A stretch of 64,000 nt of DNA, from contig OZ024742.1 of the NCBI GenBank assembly GCA_964016885.1, forward strand, positions 269,638,001 through 269,702,000. The letters run 5' to 3'. A program made the position numbers and the translations under genes. Positions within the stretch are counted from its first letter, which is position 1, and every line of letters starts with the position of its first letter. Below the pieces are notes generated by a model that made no database searches, was not told where the DNA came from, and saw only the letters and a program-made list of their open reading frames with translations. Positions 1 to 12,089 of the stretch are shown here, piece by piece. Source of the DNA: Eledone cirrhosa (taxonomy: Eukaryota).

Positions 1-37
1 AGGTTTCGTAACCAATGAAGGATTCAGTGACATAATG

Positions 38-298
38 TTAATGTAGGGGGAAAGGAAGATTGGTGCAGCGGTTGGTGCGTGAGAAGGCTGTAGTGCAGTC
101 AGTAACTTTGGAGCGGACAAAGGCAGATTGAATCATAGTATATCCACTTTGGATGAAGCGAGAAGCAATGCATTGAGACTTGAACTCTAAATCATAGTCA
201 TCTTTGAGAAGACGAGGAAGACAGATGAATTGGCCGTTGATAATGCATGAGGGTTGTAGCTGTGTAGACAGGTAGATATGTGTGGGTGAGAGTGGCAT
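38..298 (-). mobile_element. Degenerate PLE fragment (RT C-terminal/thumb region)
   Basis: IINGQFICLPRLLKDDYDLEFKSQCIASRFIQSGY resembles the PLE post-RT motif xQFxRLRRICSxxxxF...RFxxRGY. Confidence 0.5.
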
Positions 299-326
299 GT
301 GTGTATGTATTTGTGTATGGAGTTAC

Positions 327-364
<38 letters not shown>

Positions 365-522
365 ATACTTTGGGAGGGTCATGTTGCCAATAAGAAACAC
401 ACGCACCAGTTGCTTTCACTTCAATTTATTATATATTTATAAATTTATAAATTTACAAATCTACAAACTTATAAATTTCTGGTTGGTTGGTTGGTTCCAC
501 AACCAGATAGTTGTTTATATAT

Positions 523-567
523 AGTCATAGTCCTTTCGTCACACACTCTGTGACCTCTTCAGTGACT
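523..567 (-). ncRNA. Type I hammerhead ribozyme (minimal stem III)
   Basis: Reverse complement: AGUCA-CUGAAGA-G-GUCAC(AGAGUGU)GUGAC-GAA-AG(GA)CU-A-UGACU. Stems I, II and III pair. Confidence 0.7.
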
Positions 568-927
568 GCGGATTCCTTTCTTTGTTTCTGTGCCTTTCCT
601 TTCTTCTGTTCTACGCCATTTTGTTTCTGTGTGTGTGTAAGAGGCAGTAAGCATAATAGAATTACAACCAAAATTAAATAGAAAATATGAGTGGAACAGC
701 AACATCACAACTTACAATTAAGGACAAAATGAAAACACACACACATAGAACAAACAACCAACCAACAATAAATACATAAATAAATAAACAAATAGATAAA
801 TGAACTCAAACACACACAGACACCCGGATGTGGCGCATGCGCAAACTGAGCACACAACACACACACAGAAACAAAATGGCGTAGGACAGAAGAAAGGAAA
901 GGCACAGAAACAAAGAAAGGAATCCCC

Positions 928-972
928 AGTCACTGAAGAGGTCACAGAGTGTTTGACGAAAGGACTATGACT
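928..972 (+). ncRNA. Type I hammerhead ribozyme (sister copy of 523-567)
   Basis: AGUCA-CUGAAGA-G-GUCA(CAGAGUGUU)UGAC-GAAAGGACUA-UGACU. A decayed third copy lies at ~2288-2325. Confidence 0.7.
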
Positions 973-1259
973 ATATATAAACAACTATCTGGTTGTGGAA
1001 CCAACCAACCAACCAGAAATTTATAAGTTTGTAGATTTGTAAATTTATAAATTTATAAATATATAATAAATTGAAGTGAAAGCAACTGGTGCGTGTGTTT
1101 CTTATTGGCAACATGACCCTCCCAAAGTATAACAATATCGGTTTCAACACACGATTTCAGATAAAGAATCTTGCTAAACAAATTCAGAAACGAAATATAT
1201 ATATATATATATAAAATAAAATAAATAAGTCAAATGTTTAAAATTTGTCTTCGTTTATT

Positions 1260-1314
1260 ACTACTATATATATTTCGCTGACAGCCATCTTTGGCTGTGA
1301 CCTCTTCAGGCAGT
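1260..1314 (-). ncRNA. Hammerhead ribozyme motif
   Basis: Reverse complement: ACUGC-CUGAAGA-GGUC-ACAGCCA(AAGA)UGGCUGU-CAGC-GAAAUAUAUAUA-GUAGU. The base of stem II is imperfect. Confidence 0.55.
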
Positions 1315-1464
1315 CCGAATTAGTGTCATAGAGACGAGTACACATGTTGTTGAGGTGTTTAAATTTGTCAATACTCTGATATGCCCAGTTCCTGGCTGGG
1401 TTGTTATTTCACAGAGGAACAGGAATCATATGTATTTAAACAAACGAATTTCAGCGTCAAAGGA

Positions 1465-2090
1465 CATCTTCTCCTCTCATTGGTCAGTTGTGAGAACATT
1501 CCTCCGTCAACAGTCTATAGGAATTCGTTCTGAGGCAAGGCAATCTGTAGTGGTTGTTCTTATTATTATTAAGTATATCTGACCTCGACTCTTATGTTGG
1601 TAGTGGTGTTGGTGTTGGAGTCAGCTGAAAAAAATGATAAAGTGGTTGAAGGAATAAGATGGTAAAGGAACAAAATAAAATAATCAAATAAAATGTGTGT
1701 GTGTTATATCCAATCTCAATGTTAGAAAGATTTGTAAGGTCACATCTCCCATTGGTCAGCTTTGAGAGCATTCCTCAGTCAAAAGTCTATAGAAATTCTT
1801 TCTGGGGTGAGGCTCCCTGTAGTGTATGTTTTTGCTATTGTTAAGTGCATCTGACCGCTACCTTTATGTTGGTAGTGGTGTTGGTGTTGTGGTCAGCCTA
1901 TGTCTTGCTGCTGCTGACATTTAAAAGTATCTGTGTGTGTTTCTTCATCCATCCTGCCACCATCTCTCGTGGTAGTGGTGGTGGTGGGGGGGGGGCGTCT
2001 GCCATGTATATGAAGAAGTAGATGCGCACTTCGTCGAGTGCTCCATCTGCATACTTGGTGTTGGTATATAACCAACATATACTAAAAAAA
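1465..2090 (-). repeat. Diverged ~270-bp tandem repeats (2 copies plus a partial third), probably a PLE 3' region
   Basis: catct..c.cattggtcag..tgaga.cattcctc.gtcaa.agtctatag.aattc.ttctg recurs at ~1465 and ~1742. tggtagtggtgttggtgttg recurs at 1598 and 1870. Confidence 0.55.
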
Positions 2091-2095
2091 AAAAA

Positions 2096-2137
<42 letters not shown>

Positions 2138-2514
2138 CGTTTCTGAATTTGTTTAGAAAGATTCTTTATCTGAAAACGTGTGTTGAAGCCGATATTGTTA
2201 TACTTTGGGAGGTTCATGTGCCAATAAGAAAGACACGCCCGGTTGCTTTCACAAAGGAGAGGCACAAAAACAAACAAAATAATCCCCAGTCACTGAAGAG
2301 GTCACATAATGTCTGACGAAAAAACAATATACGAACAATCGTCTTGTGGAACCAACCAACCAACCGGAAATTTATAAATTTAATGTATAATAAATTGAAG
2401 TGAAAGCAACTGGTGCGTGTGTTTCTTATTAGCAACATGACTCGCGCAAAATATAACAATATATATATATGTATATATATATACATGAAGAGAGAGAGAG
2501 AGGGAGCGAGAGAA

Positions 2515-2613
<99 letters not shown>

Positions 2614-3423
2614 TGGAGAGATAGAGAGAAAGAGCGAGAGAAAGAGAAAGGCTATGCTGAAAAACAACCAAGACTGGAAGTTCAATATTTCGTTACAGAT
2701 CTACCAAATATAAACAAAATCTTTGAGTACTTAGAAGCTGCGCAAAGAAACAAGAGAAACTTGTAGCTGTTTTACAGCTTCCCTTGTCTCCTCTTTTCCT
2801 TTTCGCTTTTTAGGCATATTCTACCTCCCATTGAACTTCAATATTTGACATGTTAATTTTTTCCTCCCCTTTTTCTCTTTTTTTATTTTTATTTTAGTTT
2901 ACTGTTAATTTGTCTGTTCTTTTCTTTTTCTTTTCTTTCTCATTACTTGTTTCACTAGTTCTTTTTGATTACCAACTGAAAGAGTACTCGATACTTCCCT
3001 GAGTCTGTCATGGCTTACTAGCTCTATATGCAAGTCTAAATTATATATATATAAATTTATATATATATAAAAGCACTCTCATTTTATATTCATCTTTTCT
3101 CTCTCTCTCTATATATATATATATTGGTATATATATATAATTATGGTTTGCTTATATACATTGTTTCTTCTAACTCTGATTGTATACCTAATTTTGTATG
3201 GTTGACAATATATTTAATTGATTTCCACGTGCTATTAGAAATGCTGGATAATCTATAGTTGTTGATCGCGGATAAATAGCTGTAGTTTATTTATCTATTG
3301 TTTCTTCATAGGTGCCTTTTAATCTTATAGCCTTGTTTAATTGTTTTTTTGTGTGGTTGATTATGCTGATTGGGAGAGGAGATGGTGTATATATTCTATC
3401 AAATGATTCTATGAACATACTTT

Positions 3424-3462
<39 letters not shown>

Positions 3463-3467
<5 letters not shown>

Positions 3468-5660
3468 ATAAACCTAATGAAAATTTAAAATATATAAATA
3501 AAGGCTCTTTCCATCCTCCTATAGTTTTTAAAAACCTTATCCCTAGTATTAGCCGTAGGATCTCCACCCTCTCTTCCTCAGAAGCTATTTTCAATAAGGC
3601 ATCCCCTTACTATAATAAAGCCCTTCAAAATAGCGGATTTAGCGAACCGATTAAGTACATGCCCAACAATACTAACTCCTTTAAACATAATAATAGGAAA
3701 AGAAAAATAATCTGGTTCACCCCCTCCCCCCTACTCTCTAGCAGTTAAAACTAATGTGGGCAAAAAATTCCTAGAGCTCTTAGATAAACATTTCCATAGA
3801 ACACATAGATACTATAAGATCTTCAATAGAAACTGTCTCAAAATTACCTACTCCTGCGGTCACCCTATTAAATCTTATATCATCAATAAGAAAACACCCA
3901 GAGAACATCAAAATTGCTCCTGTAGAGTCAAAAGTGAATGCCCATTACAAGGTAAATGCAACATCAAAGCCATTTTATATGCGGCTAAAGTGACAACCAT
4001 CAGCAACAGCCTACCAGCCACCAGTGAACGATATGTGGGTATGACACAAGACAAATTCAAAAGGCGTTATTACTCACATTTCGCATCTTTCCGACATCCA
4101 GAAAAAAATTTACAACAGCTCTGGCTAGCAGAATATGGAATTTGAAAGACCAATGTATCCAATATAAATTGGATTGGTCAATTTTGAACCAATCTAAAGA
4201 ATATGCAAGAGGAACAAGAAGATGCACACTATGCATAAGTGAAAAATATTGGATTTTACAGAACCGTAAAATCACCGAAAACTTGCCTAAATACAAAAAC
4301 AGAAATGTTCACCAGTTGCCCACACATGAAATCACACTTGCTTTCCAGCTCATATAAACTTAACTCACTTTCAGATACTTATCCTCTATAAACTCTTGTT
4401 CTTCACTTTCCTTAAATTATCCTCTTTACAGACTTCTCTTTCTGATTTACTTTCATTTTTAACTTTATTTTCATTTTTATTTTTATTTTCACTTCACATC
4501 CACCAGTGACCCTCACCTACTTTTTGATTTTTGATTCAATTACCTAATATCTTCACATTCCACATTTTACTTCCCCATTTTCTTTCAGTACCTGATATCA
4601 CATGTCACTTGCGTTTTCAACTCCAGATGTATTCTGTTGTTTCGCAGCCGCTTTTATATTTGTATATCTTGTTTTCATATGGCTGATTTATAATTTGTAT
4701 CTATGCGTGTGAGTGTGCATGCGCCTCCGTATGTGTGCGTGTGTGTGTCTATATGTGTGAGCATGTGTGTTTTTATATCTATATTTATACGAGTGTGTGT
4801 ATGTGGGTGAATGTATGTGTATAAGTATGTGTATATATATATGTATATGTGTATGTATGTATGTATGTGTGTGTATGCATATATGTATATATATATAGTC
4901 GCGTACGTACGTGTGCTTAGATATACGTGTGCCGATATATATATATATATATATATATATGTGCTTCGTGTGTATGTATGTACGTATGCATGCGCTTTTG
5001 CCTGTACGTATTGATATATATATATTTTTATATGTATATGTGCGTACGTGCGAACCTATGTTTGTTTTCTTTTTCTCTAGTGTTAATTTATAATTGATAA
5101 CCCCTCCCTCTTACTTTCTCTTTGATTTAAACAACATATTTTTCTTTCTCATATATTGTTTCATTTTTATATGTATCGAATATGAAACTCATTTTAACTA
5201 ATACACTCCATTCCCTTTTTATCTTCCGCATATAAATGATCGCGCGTGTGTGTGTGTTTATACGCGTGCTTTCATACTTGTATCTGTATATATTTAATAC
5301 CTAAATCTGGATGTACATTATCTTACAATTCCTTTTTCGACTTACATTATATACGTATTTGTGGTCACACATACACTATTATGCTTGCCCTCATATATGT
5401 ACTTACGCACACATTTCCACTATACACATGCACATGTACATTTGTGAGTTAATATATACACATTTATACACATACCCTAACTATATTTCCTTATTTTTAT
5501 ATATCTCTTGCTTTATTTTTTTTTTTTGCCCGTTAAACTCTTGCCTTTCTTGAGGAGACTTTTCAAATATTTCACTATGTTTTAAATTGCCTTGTCCGAT
5601 GAACGAATGAGGACGTGTTTCGTATTCGTCTCATTCGGGAAACCTCTGGTAATGAGGTAA
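3463..5660 (+). mobile_element. 5'-truncated PLE: RT C-terminus, GIY-YIG endonuclease, 3' UTR
   Basis: YHKPNENLKYINKGSFHPP, RKIIWFTPSP, NCSCRVKSECPLQGKC, YVGMTQDKFKRRYYSH, LDWSILNQ and CTLCISEKYWIL across frameshifted ORFs 3425-4357. Begins in (TA)n and ends at a hammerhead. Confidence 0.9.
5590..5657 (+). ncRNA. Hammerhead ribozyme at the PLE 3' end (U4C core, long stem II)
   Basis: CCUUGU-CCGAUGA-A-CGAAUGAG..GACG/CGUC..UCAUUCG-G-GAA-ACC(UCU)GGU-A-AUGAGG. Confidence 0.65.
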
Positions 5661-5675
5661 TTATATCGTATTGTT

Positions 5676-5748
<73 letters not shown>

Positions 5749-5805
5749 GGAACCTTAATTCCTCGGTATGCATAGAGATTCAAATAATATTTAAAATAAA
5801 ATATA

Positions 5806-7640
5806 GGGTTATGTGACCACCGTATACCTCCCATAAACGCCGCCTAATAAATACCCTTATTTTCTATAATAATCATATAATCTCTAACACATATATATAC
5901 TAAATTGCTTATGGATATGAAACCTTTGATCATATTTCACTGTACAAAACTTGTTTAAACATCTGATGAGTAAAGATAGGAAAAAAATTGAGATATAAGA
6001 CAATTGGTAGGTAGGTACCTCTCCAACATGATACAATTACAACTTTTCAATGTGTTAAATGCATTTTTTTTCAGAAAATGTATACATTTGTTAATTGATT
6101 TTTATTTTGTTTTTAAGATTATTTCAGAGCTAAATTGTATTATAATTTTACAAAAATACTTACATCAATTTAAACTGTAATAATTTAAGTATATAAAATT
6201 GTATAATGGCAACTACAAGTAAAAGCTCTAATTCAGCATTTGGATTTCCTGCAGAATTTCCTACTGCAATGACACTACCAGAGCCGATGTATTCCGACAT
6301 TATTTATACATAAGAAAGGGCGATGAATTGGCAGTATCGGTAGAGGGTCGCACGCCAAGCTTTGAAGCGTAGAGTTACCGCCCTTGCCATTCTGAGTTCA
6401 AATCCCGCCGAAGTTAACTTTGCCTTTCATCCTTACGGGGTCGATAAAATAAAGTACCAGTAATACACTGCTTAATTGCTGGCCTTGTGCCAAAAGTAGA
6501 AACAATTATTTATACATAAGAAAACGGGAAGAACAGATAACAAAAATGTCACCCACAGCGGAAGAATGCTACCGGATTGTTGCTGCAGATGTGCATACAA
6601 TATGGGACAAATTTTCTTTTCTTCATATTGGGTTTGAGGGAATAGCTCTACAAATTGAGAGATTCATTGAATCTTATAATGAAATACCTATCATGCAAAG
6701 GGGAGACAGTTTTGATAACGAATTAGAGGAGTTCAATGATTTGTTTGATATATGCATCTGCACGTGTTATAACAAACAAATAAAAAGATCTGACTGTAGG
6801 TATAACATAACAATACCAATAATATAATGGAAGTCATTTGTTGAACAGAACAAAAAATTAATCAGTTTGGGCTTGTACATAGGGAAATGACTTCAATTAG
6901 GAAAAAAACGCAGAAAAAGCGCCAAGATTTGAAAACAAAGATGCGCTATGACATGTACTTTCCTTCAACTAGTTATCAGTGCCCAAGTGATATTAATGAA
7001 GATATTTGTTGCTCATGTGACAATGATGACGATGAGGTCGATTTTGTTCCTGACAATGAACTGAGAAAAAACAAAAAAAATCAAACATATTTACACATGA
7101 GAATCTAGCTATCACATCAGACAGATATCGGGTTAAGTTGCAGAGCTGCTGCTGCCATTGTTAATGCAGCTTGGAGATATATGGAAATTTTAAATGATAC
7201 AAATATGCTAGATACGAAAAAGGTTGAAAGAGAAAGAAAAAGAGTTGGAAAAAACAATATTATAAAAATGAAAACAGAAAATATAAAGCTCGACATCATC
7301 GGTTTTGATGGCAGAAAGGATAAAACTAAAACAGCAAGAGGGGTGGAAAGTGAAGAGCACTATGTTATTGTGTCACAGCCCTGTTATGAGTATTTAGATC
7401 ACGTTTCCCCAGATTATGGAACAGCTCGTCGCATTGCAGAAGAAATTACTACTTTTTTAATTGATTCTGACTGTCAAGAATCTTTAAAGGCTGTATTATG
7501 TGATGGCACACCAGTAAACACTGGTCAATTAAGAGGGGTAATTAAAATAATTCAGTTATACTTAAATAAACTACTTCAGTGGCTCATATGCCTTCCACGT
7601 ACAAATGAGCTTCCGTTTCGAGGCGTTTTGGCCAATATTG
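5806..7640 (+). mobile_element. Truncated, frameshifted DDE DNA transposon, Sola2-like
   Basis: IGFDGRKDKT, EEHYVIVSQP, LCDGTPVNTG and LQWLICL..NELPFR. N-terminal GFPAEFPTAM..TRADVFRHYL from ATG ~6206. Interrupted by a SINE; 3' half missing. Family assignment is from recalled motifs. Confidence 0.65.
6318..6506 (+). mobile_element. tRNA-derived SINE with Meta/MESC-type central domain
   Basis: A box TGGCAGTATCGG, B box GAGTTCAAATCC, core GCCTTTCATCCTTACGGGGTCGATAAAATAAAGTACC. TSD TTATTTATACATAAGAAA. Confidence 0.85.
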
Positions 7641-8930
7641 AGATTTGTTTTAAAGGTGTAATTTCATATGGTTCATTCCCTCTCACCGATGATCCTAATT
7701 AACTATTGAATTTAACCATTTCAATTGTGAAACATGATTTCTGAATACATTAAGGAATTACGTACGATAAAGAAAAATAATTAAAATCATGTATGCTCCG
7801 TTTGATATTTTATATTAAAATTCACTATATTGCTTCTTTGTAATTATATGTTCTTACATTCTTTGCAAATCATCTCCTGTTTTAATGTTTGAAATATTTT
7901 TTATATATGTTATTCGCAGAATATTTTTCTTTGAGCTCTCTGTGTTGACAACATGGTACGTTTCTCTAATTTTCTAATACACGTCATCTTTATTCATGTT
8001 AGTAAAATAAATATGCTTCCAAAGTGTTTTATTCGAGATTTTTATTGCTGAATTTTATTTTTTGGCTGCTCCTTCTAGCTATCCACATATCTATTATCGT
8101 CACATAGACAAATCTGAGAGACACAGTAGTGTTTTTGTTGTTGTTTTTAACTCCATGTGTGTTTCTGCCTATCCTTAGATTTGTTTTAGAAATATATGTT
8201 CATATTTTTGCTTCACACTCAGTGATGAGTCGAACCATTCAACTTAACCATTTCAAAGGTGAAACATGGTTTCTGAAGCCATAAAATAATTTCGTAAAAT
8301 AGGTATTTAAAGTCTTCCGTTTGATATTTTTGTTAGAATCACTATACTGCTCTTTTGTAACTATATGTTCTTACATTCTTTACAAATGATATGCTGCCTC
8401 AATGTTTGATATATTTCTATATATGTCATTCGCTTCTGAATTTATATTAAGCGCACGGAATTATTTTATTTGAGTTTCCCTTGCAGGCGATTTGGCGCAT
8501 GTCTGTAATTTTCTAATACATGACTTCTTTACTTCTTTTAGCAATATCAATAATCTCGTGAATGTTATTTTATTCGAGTTTAATTTTTGAATGGTTTTTG
8601 GCTGCTTTTTTAGCTATCACATACATAGTCACATCACAGGGACAAACTTCAGACGCGGTCGTTTTTTCGAAACGTCATGTAGGTGTCGGCCAATCCTTAG
8701 ATTTGTTTTAGAGGGGGTTAGTTCATACGGCTGGTTCTCATTCACAGATGATCCTAATTATCCATGGGACCTAAGCATTTAAAGTTGAAACATGGATTCT
8801 GTTTTAATGTTATATACATTTCTATATATGTCATTCGCTTTTGAACATATATTAAGATCTCGGAATGTTTTTTTCTTTCAACTATCATTGCAAGCGATAT
8901 GGCACGTGTCTTTAATGTTCTCATCTTTAT
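7640..8930 (+). repeat. Diverged ~530-bp tandem repeat (about 2.5 units)
   Basis: AGATTTGTTTTA recurs at ~7641, 8178 and 8699. GAAACATG recurs at 7729, 8261 and 8787. TATATGTTCTTACATTCTTT recurs at ~7845 and 8362. Confidence 0.75.
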
Positions 8931-8943
8931 TGATTGTATTACT

Positions 8944-9600
8944 ATACTAGCAGAAGTATTCGACGTTGCACCGGATAACGAAAATAATGAAATTTTATTC
9001 AAAACATGATATATTTTCTTAATGCATATTGTGATTAGTTATTCTAATAGTATTGGCATAACAAATTCTGTGAGATCATCAACAATAATAAATTTGAAAT
9101 AGAAAACCCCAAAAGTAGATGTTGATAAATATTCGGTAAATTTGTAGAACGTTCCCATCAATTTTTGTGGGAAAGAATTATTTTTACTCGGTTTGTTTGT
9201 GAGCTATCAATTAATCTCACCTCCGACTATGGTGCAAAGGATTTTTCCCCGGAAAACGGGACGAGAAGAGAGGGTGGACCCTTTCTTCCTTTCTTGGGAA
9301 TCCCTAACCCTACACTGATCACTAAACCTACATTAAGCCTCCCATTTTGAACTGGTGACGGATATTTTACTGAAAGCGTGCAGCTACGGCAAAATGTCAA
9401 CAGCTACGTGGGAGCTTGACATGATAGTAAAAGCAGACAAGTCTTTTTTTTCTCTGAAAAGGGAATTGTCTTTGCTTGATTTGGAAGTCAAATCCGTTTT
9501 CACTTAATTTGGAAGTCATATTCATTGCTTTATGAGACTTTCTTCCAAATGAAGTTCTATTCAACGAAAATTTGACTCGATCGTTATGGAACTTAATGCA
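8944..9600 (+). mobile_element. Non-coding interspersed repeat, Helitron/Helentron-like (sister copy 34833-35530)
   Basis: Starts ATACTAGCAG..CGACGTTGCACCGG. Colinear homology with 34833-35530 (GGCATAACAAATTCTGTG, GAGCTATCAATTAATCT, GAAGTCAAATCCGTTTTCAC). The class assignment is an inference. Confidence 0.5.
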
Positions 9601-9699
9601 GTATACGTGAGTCATCAGACACACAAACACACACACACTCATACACACACACTTTCACCTCCTCCTCCTTCTCCTCCTCTTCTCCCCCCTCTGTCTCTC

Positions 9700-9735
<36 letters not shown>

Positions 9736-9739
<4 letters not shown>

Positions 9740-10594
9740 AGGTGTGTCAGAAAAGCTCCAGGACTGATGTCACAAAATATTTATTTCAAACCCAAACTTC
9801 ACACTAAGCGTTTTCTCCTTCAAATTAATCCCCCTGGAGTCTAATGCACTTGTTCATCCTTTTTCTGCTACGCTTGCATGCACTCCTGGAAGGATTCTTC
9901 CGGGATCCTCCGCAGTTCCGTTGTGACCGACTTTTTGATGTCGTCCACGTCTTCAAAACGGGTCCCCTCCGGGTCGTACTCGAAGATCCATGACTCATCA
10001 CCGGTGATGACTGTCGCTAGTAAGTCTGGTTCAGTTTCAAGACATTCGAGGATGTCCTGGCACACTTGCATGCTGTCGACCCTTCTGGTTCAGCAGTTTT
10101 GGCACCATCTTCGCGCAGACTTTCCGCATGTCCAAATCTTCATTGAGAATCTTCCAGACGCTGTCCCGATTCATGCCCAGCTCATTTGCCATCAGTCGAA
10201 CAGTCAGCCGAGGATCGCTACGCACCATCTGCCTGACGCGCTCAACGCTGACCTCAGTCCTGGTTGTTGAGGGCCTTCCGCTCCTGGGGTCATCTTCCAC
10301 TGCCTCGTCTCCTTCTTTAAACCTCTTGCACCACTCAAAAACACGTGAGCGTGACATCGTCTCATCTCCATACACTTGCTGCAACAATCCCCGTGCTTCT
10401 GACGGAGTTTTCCCCGACCGTTGCTCTGTGCTCATTGCTTGACGACCTGAAACAGAGGACATGTATATCAAATTATGAAGAAAAAGGTTTTATCGCTGCA
10501 GAGAGCTAAGATTACAGTTACATACTCCAGGGGCATTACTTCGAACGAGAAAGTTTGGGTTTGAAATATATCTTTTGTGACATCAGTCCTGGAA
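9736..10594 (-). mobile_element. Internally deleted mariner transposon
   Basis: Mos1-type HTH (VYGDETMSRSRVFEWCKRFKEG..DDPRSGRP), KMVPKLL (WVPxxL motif) and ITGDESWIFEYDPE. TIR TCCAGGACTGATGTCACAAAA..TTTCAAACCCAAACTT inverted at 10550-10593; the right TIR tip is lost. Confidence 0.9.
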
Positions 10595-10681
10595 GTAAAA
10601 GGTAAACATAAATGACAACACAATCGGTACTGCATATGGAAGGTATATATTAGGTTAACGCTTGATATAGCAGGAAGAGTG

Positions 10682-10717
10682 TCTTAACGTTTCGGACGCT
10701 AGTCCTTCGACAGAAGA
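10682..10717 (-). ncRNA. Minimal hammerhead ribozyme (A6 mutated) downstream of a PLE endonuclease fragment
   Basis: Reverse complement: UCUU-CUGUCGA-A-GGAC(UAGC)GUCC-GAAACGUU-AAGA. Confidence 0.65.
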
Positions 10718-10954
10718 ATGAATGGGAAATAAAATTGATCGAGGGGACGGGCAGGATGGCATTGGGAAATATGTGTTTAGATAAAAATAACAGGTCCATT
10801 TATGTTAACATTTCTTGCGAAACTGTTGGTGCTGGCGTCTTGTGTATGATTTGTTTTTTCTAGAAAAGTGGATGATGAAACGCGTCTACCTGAAATAGAG
10901 AAAAAAACGTCTTATAAAAAGAGCTATACTTGAGCAGCACGTGCGTAAGCGTGC

Positions 10955-11041
<87 letters not shown>

Positions 11042-11254
11042 TGTGTGTGTGTGTGTTATTATAGGTCCGTATGAAGCTAAGAATAAATGTGTGTGTATAT
11101 GTGAGAAAAAGACTGTGTGTGCATGTAAGTACGGAGCTATGAGAAAAAGTATGTTAATATAAGGCTGTGTATCGGCATCTATTAATTGTAAGAGAAGCTG
11201 CTAATGATCAAGAGAAAGCGATAGAAATCTAGGGGTGTGATAATGGACGAGGTA

Positions 11255-11560
11255 CTAGAGAAATTGTGGAGGTGAGTTAAGTCGAAGAGGGGAATAGGAC
11301 ACAAGTCGGTGAATCAGTCTTTGTTCAGTCCTGGTGCGCGAGGCCTGTGATCCATGACGTAAAAGGACACCCAGGACTGAGACATCTAGGGAAGAATGAC
11401 TAGGAGAACGGAAATGACGGGCGACAGGAGTATCCAGACCGAGTCGTATGTCCCTCAAATGTTCGGCAAAACGGTCCGCTGTACTGTGTCCCGTTTGTCC
11501 GATATATAGAGACCCACAAAGGGAACACTAGAGGGTAGAGACAACGCAGGTGAAGGAACG
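11255..11560 (-). mobile_element. PLE GIY-YIG endonuclease fragment
   Basis: LYIGQTGHSTADRFAEHLRDIRLGLDTPVARHF...RTRTEQRLIHRLVSYSPLRLN. Confidence 0.85.
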
Positions 11561-11632
11561 AGGTCGATAAAATAATGTACCAGTAATACATTGGGATTAT
11601 TGCTGGCTTTATGCCAAAAGTAGAAACAATTA
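11561..11632 (+). mobile_element. 3' half of the SINE family
   Basis: GGTCGATAAAATAATGTACCAGTAATACA...TGCCAAAAGTAGAAACAATTA. Confidence 0.75.
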
Positions 11633-12089
11633 TGTTATGCCTGCCTCTATCTGCCGACTAACCAGCCCTTCCCCCAACCCACATCTCTTCCTTCACCTGA
11701 CCCTTCCCTGTCTGAGATGTACTTACCTCTGTCTGTCTCCTCCTGATCCCTTCCCTGTCTGAGATATACTTACCACTGTCTGACTCCTCCGTCTGTCCAG
11801 TTTACGTCTTTGATGAACTAAACCGATGTATTACAAAAAACAGTGACTCTCTGGATGTACTTACAACTGTCTTTTTCCCATTTCCTCCATTTATTCATCT
11901 ACTACTTTAATAAACCAAACGCAAGCGCTACTAAGACCAGTGACCTATTTTGTATGCGATAGATATATTACCCCTACCCCTAATACACCAACAACACCAT
12001 TTAACGGTCGAGTCAAATTTTAGTTGAAGGAGAATTATCTGCTGTCTCATCAAAACTATTGGTCGAAGTTTGAGGGACAACAAGAGGTT

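Larger units (their letters stand above)
357..1137. mobile_element. PLE 3' end (GIY-YIG tail + 3' UTR, + strand ~645-1137) with an inverted copy of its terminus (~357-638)
   Basis: 357-638 is the reverse complement of ~855-1137. 660-840 is homologous to the 3' end of the minus-strand PLE at 60190-60410. Further pieces lie at 2135-2460. Confidence 0.7.

Noticed and set aside
5962-5990. CTGATGAG core in the Sola2-like 5' region
   Set aside because: No pairing stems II/III or cleavage triplet.
6318-6410. tRNA gene
   Set aside because: The A/B boxes belong to a multi-copy SINE head followed by SINE body and TSDs.
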